In this document: positions 19,443-28,376 of the stretch, piece after piece
Numbering within the stretch: the stretch's first letter is position 1
Layout of the letters: every line of letters begins with the position of its first letter
Source of the DNA: Dehalococcoidia bacterium
GTDB lineage: Bacteria > Chloroflexota > Dehalococcoidia > Bin125
NCBI GenBank assembly: GCA_963663895.2
Contig: CAXXRD010000002.1
Span: 512,001 to 576,000, forward strand
DNA length: 64,000 bases
Reading direction: 5' to 3'
Made by a program: the position numbers and the translations under genes
The notes under the pieces: generated by a model
Databases searched by the model: none
Seen by the model: the letters and a program-made list of their open reading frames with translations, nothing else
Told to the model about the DNA's origin: nothing

Positions 19443-20674
19443 ATGGATATCGGACCGCTGAGCGGCGTGAAGGTGGTGGAGTGCAGCATCTGGGGCTTCG
19501 GCCCGATCGGGGGGTTGATGCTGGGCGATCTGGGAGCGGACGTGATCAAGATCGAGAGTCCGCGCCGCCCCGACCCGGCACGGCACGTGACCAACGTGGT
19601 GGGGATCGAGGTGATGATGGAGGACGGGCGCAGCGCCTGCTGGCAGAGCTTCAACCGCAACAAGCGCTCGCTGGCGCTGGACCTCAAGACCGAGCGGGGG
19701 CGGGAGGTGCTGAAGGCGCTGGTGCGGGAGGCGGACATCTTCCTGGAGAACTACCGCCCCGGCGTCTTCGACAAGCTGGGGCTGGGCTACGAGGAGCTGT
19801 CGAAGATCAACCCGCGGCTGATCTACGCCTCGACGGCTGGGTACGGGTTCGAGGGGCCGGAGGCGAACAAGCCGGCGCTGGACGTGGTGGGGCAGGCGCG
19901 CTCGGGCTTCATGTGGACGAGCGGGGCGCCGGGCGATCCGCCGATGTGGAACTCGCAAGGGGTGGCGGACGTGATGGGCGCGACCTGCGTCGCCTACGGG
20001 ATCCTGGCGGCGCTGCGCGGCGCGGGAGCTGCACGGGGTCGGGCAGAAGGTGGAGATCTCGCACATCATGGCCAACATGTGGCTCTCGTTCTGGGGGATC
20101 AGCGTGGGGATGATGCGGGGGCTACGAGGACTGGCCGCGCTTCGACCGCGCCAAGGCCGGCAATCCGCTCTGGAACCTGTACGAGTGCGGGGACGGGGAG
20201 TGGCTGATCCTGGGGATCGCGGAGGCGGACCCGCACTGGCCCGGCTTCTGCAAGGAGATGGGGCTGACGGAGCTGATCGACGATCCGCGCTTCAACTCCA
20301 TGGACAACCGCCGCGACAACGCCGAGGAGCTGAATCCGGATCCTGGACCGGCGCTTCCGCGAGGCGACGCGGGCCGAGTGGGAAGAGCGGCTGGCCCCGC
20401 AACCCGGACCTGATCTACTCGCGGGTGCAGCGGCTGGGCGACCTGCTGCACGACCCCGCCGTGCAGGCCAACAACTACCTGGCCGATCACCCGCACCGGC
20501 ACTACGGCGCGACGAAGATGCTGACGCACCCGGTCACGCTGCGGAAGACGCCGGCGGCGATCCGCCGCGACGCCCCCGATCTCGGGGAGCACACGGGCGA
20601 GGTGCTGTCGGAGTGGCTGGGCTACGACGGCGGGCAGATCGAGGATCTGGCGAGCGCGGGGCGTCACCGAGTAG
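19443..20674 (+). CDS. Family III CoA-transferase (split by about 5 single-base insertions)
   Basis: PLSGVKVVE, NRNKRSL, GVADVMGA. Continuation frames restore WPRFDR...NPLWNLYECGDGEW...APDLGEHT. Close paralog of 12715..13971. Confidence 0.88.
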
Positions 20675-20709
20675 GAGGCGCGCGCCGCGGCGCCGCTAGC
20701 TGGTCGCCG

Positions 20710-21935
20710 CTAGCCGAAAGCGCCGGCGCTCATCAGCTCGGCGATCTCCTCGCTGCTGCAGCCGAGCTCCTCGGTGAGGACCTCGAAATTGTGCTCGCCG
20801 AGATCCGGAGCGGCGCGGCGCGGCCGCAGCTCGGACTCGCTGAACTTGACGGGGTAGTTCTGCGCGCGAACGGTGCCCCAGACGGGGTGCTCCATGTCGA
20901 CGAGGTACTCGTTGGCGAGCACCTGGGGATCGCTCTGGAGGTCGGGAAGCCGCTGCACGCGCTCCCACTCCAGGCTCTCGTCCTGTCCGAGGATCGCCTC
21001 CCACTCGGCCCGGGGCTTGGTCGCGAACTGCTCCTCAAGGATGGCGACGAGCTCCACCGCGTTCTCCTTGCGATTCTCGACCGTGTCGAAGCGCGGATCG
21101 TCGACCAGCTCGGGGCGGGCGATCAAGCCGCAGAAGCCGGGCCACTTCTCGTCGCGGACCGTGGCCATGGCGATCCACTCGCCGTCGGCGCAGAGGTAGT
21201 GGTTGAACATGGGCTGCTTGGCGCGGCGGCGGTCCTGCCGGGGCCAGGGGATGTCGAGCAGGAGCTGATTGCTGACGGCCCAGTACTGGATCCACATGGC
21301 GGCGCCGAGGTTGGAGAGGCTCGACCTTCTGGCCCTCGCCCGAGCGCTCGCGGGCGTAGAGGGCGGAGATGACTGAATGCGCCAGCAGGGTGGCGCCGGT
21401 CATGTCCGGAAAGCCGCCGAGGTGGTAGAGCGGGGGATGGTCGTCGCTGCCGGCGCCGAACATGATGCCGGAGCGGGCCTGGCCGGTGAAGTCGTTGCCG
21501 GAGCGGTCGCCCTGCGGGCCCGCTTCGCCGTAGGCGCTGGCGGTGGCGTAGATGAGGCGCGGGTTGCGCTCCCGCAGCGTTTCGTAGTCGAGGCCGAGCT
21601 TGCGCACGACGGGCGGGCGGATGTTGAGCGTGAAGACGTCCGCCTTGTCGATGAGGCGGAGAGCCAGCTCGCGGCCCTGTGGGGTGCTTGAGGTTGAAGG
21701 TGACGGAGCGCTTGCCCCAGTTCATCACCTCGAAGAAGGCGTTGCGATCGCCGGGCATCTGACAGTCGGTGATGCCGGCAACGTAGCGCATGTTGCGGGT
21801 GGGGTCGCCACCGCGGCCCGGGTCCTCGATGCGGATCACGTCCGCGCCCAGATCGCGGAGCATGACGCCGCACATGGGGCCGGTGGCGTACATCGACCAT
21901 TCGACGACGCGGATCCCGTCCAGTGGAGCCTCCAT
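20710..21935 (-). CDS. Family III CoA-transferase (2 frameshifts, near 21680 and 21320)
   Basis: MEAPLDGIRVVEW, LGADVIRIE, NWGKRSV, GGFPDMTGA and APDLGEH are spread over three ORFs. Confidence 0.88.
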
Positions 21936-21955
21936 CGCTTGTCTCCTCTGCGGTC

Positions 21956-23182
21956 CTAGCCGGCGACGCCGGCGGTCATGTACTCGGAGATCTGATCGGG
22001 CGAGAGGCCCAGCTCCTCGCTGAGGACCTCGAAGGTGTGCTCGCCGAAGTCGGGAGCGGGCCGGCGCTCGGGGATGGGGTTCTTCTCGAACCGCATGGGG
22101 TAGTTCTGCACCCGCGTCCTGCCATAGACGGGATGGTCGATCTCGGTGATGTAGTCGTTGGCGCGCACCTGATCGTCGCCGGCGAGATTCTCGATGCGCT
22201 GCACGCGCTCGAAGGCGAGGGAGGGGTCGCGCGCCAGGATCGCTTCCCACTCGGCGCGGGGACGCGTCTGGAAGTGGGCGTCCAGGATCGCGACGAGCTC
22301 CTCGGCGTTGCGGCGGCGGGCGTCCACGTCGTGGAAGCGCTCGTCGTCGATGAGATGATCGAGGCCCATGACGCGGCAGAACGCGGGCCAATTCTCGGGC
22401 AGCAGGTTGGCGAGGGCGAGCCACTCTCCGTCGCCGCAGGGGTAGTGGTTCCAGAGGGCGTTGCCGGGCTGGCGCCGGTCCATGCGCGGCCAGCGCTGGC
22501 CGACGAGCGAGTTGATGCCGAACGCCCAGTACTGGAACCACATGCCGGCGCCCAGGTTGGAGACGTCGATCATCTGCCCCTTGCCGGTGCGCTCCCGCGC
22601 GTAGAGGGCGGTGAGGATGCCGTGCGAGAGGAGCGTCGATCCGCCGATGTCGCAGGGGGCGCCGGTGTGGTAGAGGGGCGGATCTTCATCGGTGCCGGGG
22701 GCCCACATCATGCCGGAGCGCGCCTGGCCGGTGTAGTCGTTGCCGGTGCGGCCGGCGAGGGGGCCGCTGGAGCCGAAAGCGCTGGAGGCCGCGTAGATGA
22801 TCCGTGGATTGCGCGCGCGGACGGACTCGTAGTCGAGGCCAAGGCGCGCGACGACGGGGGGGCGGAAGTTGGTGAGGAAGACATCGGCCTTTTCGATGAG
22901 CTGCATGGCCAGCTCTTTGCCCTCGGGCGCTTTGAGGTTCAGGCCGATAGAGCGCTTGCCCCAGTTCGAGATCTCGAAGGAAGCATTGCGTCCGCCCGGC
23001 ATCTGCGCATCGACGGTGCCGTTGGTGTAGCGCAGGCCGCGCAGGGTCTCGCCGCCGGTGCGGGGATCTTCGATCTTGATGACGTCGGCGCCGAGGTCGC
23101 GCAGCATGACGCCGGCAAGCGGGCCCATGACGTAGATGGACCATTCCACGACCTTGACGCCGTCGAGGATCGGTTTCGCCAC
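21956..23182 (-). CDS. Family III CoA-transferase (CaiB/BaiF)
   Basis: LDGVKVVEW, LGADVIKIE, NWGKRSI, TNFRP, APCDIGGS, APDFGEHT. GTG start after GGAGG. Confidence 0.93.
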   Translation of the reverse strand: MAKPILDGVKVVEWSIYVMGPLAGVMLRDLGADVIKIEDPRTGGETLRGLRYTNGTVDAQMPGGRNASFEISNWGKRSIGLNLKAPEGKELAMQLIEKADVFLTNFRPPVVARLGLDYESVRARNPRIIYAASSAFGSSGPLAGRTGNDYTGQARSGMMWAPGTDEDPPLYHTGAPCDIGGSTLLSHGILTALYARERTGKGQMIDVSNLGAGMWFQYWAFGINSLVGQRWPRMDRRQPGNALWNHYPCGDGEWLALANLLPENWPAFCRVMGLDHLIDDERFHDVDARRRNAEELVAILDAHFQTRPRAEWEAILARDPSLAFERVQRIENLAGDDQVRANDYITEIDHPVYGRTRVQNYPMRFEKNPIPERRPAPDFGEHTFEVLSEELGLSPDQISEYMTAGVAG

Positions 23183-23333
23183 GACATCCTCCAAGTCCGG
23201 TGCGGGAAGGAGCACGACCGGCCGCTTCCCAAGCCGGTGCTACCACCATTCGCAGACGCAGTCTAATGAGGGAAACGATAGCAGCTATGATGCGCGCTGG
23301 GCGGGCGAGGCAAGGCATGAACCGAGCGAGGCG

Positions 23334-24090
23334 ATGAGAAGATTGGAACGGCGGCGGGCGCTCGTCACCGGCGGGTCCCGCGGGCTGGGAGCGGCGGTCG
23401 CCCGGCGGCTCGCGCAAGAGGGATGCGGAGTGGCGATCAGCGGGCGCAGGGAGTCAGAGCACGCGCGGGCGGTGATCGAGACGATCGCGGCGCAGGGCGG
23501 CCAGGCGGTACTGGTCACGGGGGACGTGGGCGAGGCGGCGGCGGCGGCGGGGATCGTAGAGCGGGCGGCGGGCAAGCTGGGCGGGCTCGATATCGTGGTC
23601 AACAGCGCGGGGATTTGGCGGGGCGGGCGGCTGAAAGACGCCAATCTGGACGATTGGCACGAGATCTGGCGAATCAACATCATGGGGACGATGCACGTGA
23701 CGCGCGCGGCGCTGCCCTACCTCGAAGCGGCGGCGAAGAGCGGGACGCTGGCGAGCGTCGTCGTGATGAGCTCCAGCGTCGGGTTCAAGGGCTTCCCGGG
23801 AGACACAGCCTATGCGACGACGAAGGCGGGGCTGGTGGGGTTCACGCGGGCGCTGGCGAAGGAGCTCGCCCGCAAGGGGAATCACGGTCAATGCCCTCAC
23901 GCCCGGCTACATCAACGTGGGAGTGACCGACGAGGTGCCCCAGAAGGGCCGCGACATGATGCTGGAGCGGATCCCGTTGGGGCGGCCGGGGACGGCGGAC
24001 GAGGTCGCGGCGGCCGTGGCGTTCCTGGTATCGGAGGGAACGTATATCACGGGGCATACGCTCGATATCGACGGCGGCATTGAGCTATAG
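23334..24090 (+). CDS. SDR family oxidoreductase (FabG-like; frameshift near 23880)
   Basis: TGGSRGLG, NSAG, YATTK. The C-terminus GITVNALTPG...YITGHTLDIDGG is in the next frame. Confidence 0.9.
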
Positions 24091-24156
24091 CGTTACACTG
24101 CGCGCGAGAGATACGGAACCGGGCAACGTTCAGACAGCAGACCGCGGGAGGGTCAT

Positions 24157-25336
24157 ATGCGAGACGTAGCGATCGTGGGAGCGGGGATGACCCGCTTCGG
24201 GAAATTCATCGAGAAGAGCTCCAAGGATCTGGGGCAGGAAGCGGTGCAGAACGCGCTGGACGACGCCGGTCTGCAGAAGAGCGATATCGAAGCCGCGATC
24301 GTCGGGAACGCGGTGGGCGGCCTGATGACGGGCCAGGAGATGGTGCGGGGGCAGACGATCCTGCGGCCCTGGGGCTTCGGCGACATCCCCATCATCAATA
24401 CGGAGAACGCCTGCGCCAGCTCGTCGACGGCGTTCCACCTGGCGTGGCTGTACGTGGCGAGCGGGATGCACGACTGCGTCTTGGCGCTGGGCGTGGAGAA
24501 GCTCTACGACGAAGACAAGGCGAAGTCGTTCCAGGCGATCGGCACGGCGGTCGACATGGAGCTCGACGCCGGAAGCGGAGACCGGCGCGGGTCAGACGCG
24601 CACGCGCTTCATGGACCTGTACGCGGACGCCGCCAAGGCGCACATGGAGAAGTACGGCACCACGGTGCAGCAGATCGCCAAGGTGGCGTCGAAGAACCAC
24701 ACGAACGGATCGCTGAACCCGTACGCGCAATTCCGAAAGCCGTTCAGCGTGGAAGACGTCCTGCAGGCGCGGATGGTCGCCGATCCACTCACGCTGTACA
24801 TGTGCTCCGGCATCGGCGACGGCGGGGCAGCGACGATCCTCTGCTCGGCGGAGAAGGCGAAGCAGCTGCGCACGGACCCGATCTGGGTGCGCGCCTCCGC
24901 GATCTCATCCGGGCATGACCGGGACGACGGCGAAGCCGCGGTCGCGGATCGGACGTCGAAGCGCGCGTACGAGGCGGCCGGGATCGGTCCCTCGGACGTG
25001 GACGTGGTGGAGCTGCACGACGCGGCCGCGCCGGCCGAGATCAGCTTGGTGGAGGAGCTCGGCTTCTGCGCCTACGGCGAGGGCGGACCGTTCGCGGAGT
25101 CCGGTGCCTCGCAGATCGACGGCGACACGCCGGTGAATCCGAGCGGCGGTCTGATGGCGCGCGGCCACCCGATCGGCGCGACCGGTCTGGGCCAGCTGGT
25201 CGAGATTACCTGGCAGCTGCGCGGCCAGGCGGGCGACCGTCAGGTCAAGGACGCCAAGGTCGGACTGACGCACAACGCAGGCGGCGAGATCCGCGGCGAA
25301 GCCGCGGTCAACACCGTGCACGTCCTGACTCGCTAG
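24157..25336 (+). CDS. Thiolase family protein (SCP2/lipid-transfer type; frameshift near 24570)
   Basis: VAIVGAGMTRFG, ENACASSS, DGGAA, ELHD, NPSGGLMARGHPIGATG, QLRGQAGDRQV. Confidence 0.92.
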
Positions 25337-25368
25337 CCGCGCGGATCGAGACAAGCAACGAGCCGTTG

Positions 25369-25400
25369 GCCGGTGGCTTCCGCGCGCGGAAGCCACCGGC
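25369..25400. repeat. Perfect 32-bp palindrome (hairpin/terminator-like)
   Basis: gccggtggcttccgcg|cgcggaagccaccggc lies between the thiolase and the next gene. Confidence 0.85.
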
Positions 25401-25483
25401 TGGCTTAGGAACCAGTCAGCCCGGACGCGTCCCCCAAGCGCGACAAAGTCTCGCGGACAGCGGGCGTGGTCGAGGAGGAAACC

Positions 25484-26929
25484 ATGGCGCTGCGAACGCC
25501 GGAGGAGTACGTCGAGAGCTTGCGGGATGGCCGCCGGGTGTACGTCGCGGGGGAGCGCGTCGATGACGTGACGACCCACCCGATCCTCCAAATCACCACG
25601 GAGCACTCGGCCGGCACCTACCGGCATCAGCACGATCCAGAGCTGCGAGCGCTGTTCACGTACGAGCCCGACGGGGAGGGGCAGCGGGCGAGCCGCTACT
25701 TCAAGCTCGCGACGACGCCGGACGAACTGCTGACCCGGGGCGACCTGATCGAAGAGGACACGCGGCGCCACAACTCGACGTTCAACATCACGAAGGCGGT
25801 CGGGTCGGATGCGATGCACGCCCTGAAGGTTTGGTCGCATCAGACGGACGGGGATCTGGGAACCGACTACGCGCCGCGCGTCGACGCCTGGATCAACCAC
25901 GTGCGCACGCAGGATCTGTCGCTGGCGCTGTCACAGACGGACGTGAAGGGCGATCGGTCGCTGCGGCCGCACCAACAGCCCAACCCGGATGCATATCTGC
26001 ACATCGTGGAGCGCCGGGACGACGGGATTGTCGTGCGCGGGGCGAAGGCGCATCTGACCGCCGGGCCGGTCGTGAACGAGCTGATCTTCATCCCCACGCG
26101 GATGATGGGGGAGGAAGACGCGGCCTACGCGGTCGCGTTCGCGATCCCGGTCAACACGCCGGGGCTCACGCTGATCTGCCGGCAAACGGGGGATACCTCG
26201 CAGTCGACCTTTGACTATCCGATCAGCCGCCGGAACATCGAGACGGAGGCGGTGACGGTCCTGGACGACGTGTTCGTCCCCTGGGATCGGGTGTTCCTGG
26301 CGGGGGAGTGGCAAGCGGCGGGAGCGCTGGCGGTGACTTTCGCGAACTACCACCGCTACACGGCGATCTCGTACAAACCCCCGACGGTGGACTTGTTCGT
26401 GGGAGCGGCGCAGTTGGTGGCCGAGCAGAACGGGGCAGCGCGGGCGGGACACATTCGGGACAAGATCGCGCAGCTGATCATCTACGGGGAGATCATCCGT
26501 GCCTGCCGCAAGGCGGCCGCGCGGGAGGCGACGCCGATCGAGCCGGGGATGGTCTACCCCAATCAAGTGTACGCCAACGCGGGAAAGTACCACTTCGCAT
26601 CGGGGTTCCACCACGCCGCGGCGCTCCTGCAAGACATCGCAGGGGGGCTGGCGATCACAGCTCCGATGGAGTCCGATTTCAAGAACCCTGAGACCGGTCC
26701 GTACCTGGAGCATTATCTGACGGGGGCGGGAGAGACGTCGGCGGCGGAGCGAGTGAACCTGTTCCACCTGATCCGTGACATGACCGCTTCGGAATTCGGC
26801 GGCTACAACTACGTCGTGACGCTGCACGGGGAAGGTTCAATGGCAGCGCAGCTGCTGACGACCTATCGCGACTACGACCTCGAGCGGTGCAAGGCCTTGG
26901 TCCGCGCCACGCTCGACACCGCGAGCTAG
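25484..26929 (+). CDS. 4-hydroxybutyryl-CoA dehydratase / 4-hydroxyphenylacetate 3-hydroxylase (HpaB) family flavoprotein
   Basis: RTPEEYVESLRDGRRVYVAGERVDDVTTHP, QTDVKGDRS, GIVVRGAKAH, DDVFVPWDRVF, DIAGG, HGEGS. Confidence 0.9.
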   Translation: MALRTPEEYVESLRDGRRVYVAGERVDDVTTHPILQITTEHSAGTYRHQHDPELRALFTYEPDGEGQRASRYFKLATTPDELLTRGDLIEEDTRRHNSTFNITKAVGSDAMHALKVWSHQTDGDLGTDYAPRVDAWINHVRTQDLSLALSQTDVKGDRSLRPHQQPNPDAYLHIVERRDDGIVVRGAKAHLTAGPVVNELIFIPTRMMGEEDAAYAVAFAIPVNTPGLTLICRQTGDTSQSTFDYPISRRNIETEAVTVLDDVFVPWDRVFLAGEWQAAGALAVTFANYHRYTAISYKPPTVDLFVGAAQLVAEQNGAARAGHIRDKIAQLIIYGEIIRACRKAAAREATPIEPGMVYPNQVYANAGKYHFASGFHHAAALLQDIAGGLAITAPMESDFKNPETGPYLEHYLTGAGETSAAERVNLFHLIRDMTASEFGGYNYVVTLHGEGSMAAQLLTTYRDYDLERCKALVRATLDTAS

Positions 26930-26956
26930 GATTCGCTGCGGACAAGGGGGCGCTGG

Positions 26957-27751
26957 ATGGACCTGGGACTGGCCGGCAAGGGCGTCGTCGTCACGGGTGG
27001 CGGCTCGAATATCGGACGGGCGATTACGCTCACGTTCGCCCGGGAGGGTGCGCACGTCCTCATCGCGGATCTCGACGTCCCGCAGGCCGAGCGGGTCGTG
27101 GCGGAAGCGGAGGCGCTGCGGGCGGGGGGACGGACGCAGGCGGTAGAGACGGATGTGACGCAGTGCACGTCGATTGAGGCAGCAGTAGAGCGGGCGGTCG
27201 CGGAGTTCGGGCGCATCGACGTGCTGGTGAGCAACGTGGGGTGGACGCACGACCAGCTGTTTTTGGACAAGCCGCTGGAGGAGTTCGAGCGGGAGATTCA
27301 GCTCAATCTGTGGGGCGCGATCCACTCCACACGAGCGGTGCTGCCGCGCATGGCGGAGCAGGGGAACGGCCGGGTCGTGTACATCAGCTCCGATGCCGGC
27401 CGCATGGGCGAGTACCGTGAGTCCGTCTACTCGGCCTGCAAGGCCGGGCTGATCGCGCTCGCGAAGGCGCTCTCGCGCGAGTACGGCAAGTTCGGGGTGA
27501 CGTTCAACGCGGTCTGCCCGGGCCTGACGGTGCCGGACACGGAGGCGGCGATGGGCGAGGGGAGCATGTGGCGGGAGCTGAGCACGGTGTTCACGCCCGA
27601 GGCGCGGGAGCGCGCCAAGAGAGCCTATCCGCTGCGACGGTTGGGTACGGCTCAGGATCCGGCCAATGCGGTGGCGTTTCTCGCGTCGGAGGCGGCCGGG
27701 TTCATCACGGGTCAGACGCTGAGCGTCAGCGGAGGCTACACGATGCAGTGA
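26957..27751 (+). CDS. SDR family oxidoreductase (BadH/2-hydroxycyclohexanecarboxyl-CoA dehydrogenase-like)
   Basis: TGGGSNIG, NVGW, SSDAGRMG, YSACK, FITGQTLSVSGG. Confidence 0.9.
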   Translation: MDLGLAGKGVVVTGGGSNIGRAITLTFAREGAHVLIADLDVPQAERVVAEAEALRAGGRTQAVETDVTQCTSIEAAVERAVAEFGRIDVLVSNVGWTHDQLFLDKPLEEFEREIQLNLWGAIHSTRAVLPRMAEQGNGRVVYISSDAGRMGEYRESVYSACKAGLIALAKALSREYGKFGVTFNAVCPGLTVPDTEAAMGEGSMWRELSTVFTPEARERAKRAYPLRRLGTAQDPANAVAFLASEAAGFITGQTLSVSGGYTMQ

Positions 27752-27779
27752 TGGGTGTGGGCGGCGATCGCCGGAGGAT

Positions 27780-28307
27780 CTACGTCCCTTCGGTGATGAA
27801 GGATCCGCCCTCCACGCCGACGAGCTGATCAGCGCCCGAAACGGGGATGACGAGTCCCGACTCCCGCTGGGTCAGCGCGGTTTCTTTATCGGCTTGGTAC
27901 TTCTCGAGCAGCGCGAGATAAGACTCGATGATCTCGGGGAGGCGGCCGGTGCGCTCGATCTCAGAAGCGGCTTGATCGGTGAGGTCGAAGAGCCGCTGGG
28001 CATGCCGGTAGTTGATCTCGACGGCGGAGCCCTGAACGGCGTCGGTCACCAGCAATGTGACGAACTGCCGAGGCTTGCCGAGCAGGCGCTCCCAGCCTCT
28101 GCCGAGGAGTTCGTCCAGCCGCTTGCCGACATAGAAGCGAGGAGGACGCGCGTAGCGTTCCAACTCCAGCATGCCGTCGATGCCGGGAAAATACTCGGCG
28201 TGCAGATCGCGGAGGCGTGGGGGAGCACTCTCGTGGGTGTCGGAGTGACGGATCCCCTCATCAGCAGGCAACTGGCCGAGGAGGAAGTGTTGTTGCAGCG
28301 TGCCCAC
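27780..28307 (-). CDS. Hypothetical protein
   Basis: 175-aa ORF with plausible composition and a GGAGAGG RBS, filling the gap after hydantoinase A. Confidence 0.65.
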   Translation of the reverse strand: MGTLQQHFLLGQLPADEGIRHSDTHESAPPRLRDLHAEYFPGIDGMLELERYARPPRFYVGKRLDELLGRGWERLLGKPRQFVTLLVTDAVQGSAVEINYRHAQRLFDLTDQAASEIERTGRLPEIIESYLALLEKYQADKETALTQRESGLVIPVSGADQLVGVEGGSFITEGT

Positions 28308-28376
28308 AGCACCCTCTCCCCGGCCAGGACTCGACGATGAACGGGCGGCGCTTGCGCCGCAGCGCCGTCTTCGTTA

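Noticed and set aside
16265-19738. 1157-aa ORF as given in the track
   Set aside because: The N-terminal extension overlaps the divergent CoA-transferase and the C-terminus is frameshifted. The real gene is about 16363..19300.
19443-24600. Programmed frameshifting or phase variation
   Set aside because: There are no slippery heptamers or long tracts, and the same-sign indels fall in unrelated genes, which fits sequencing error.
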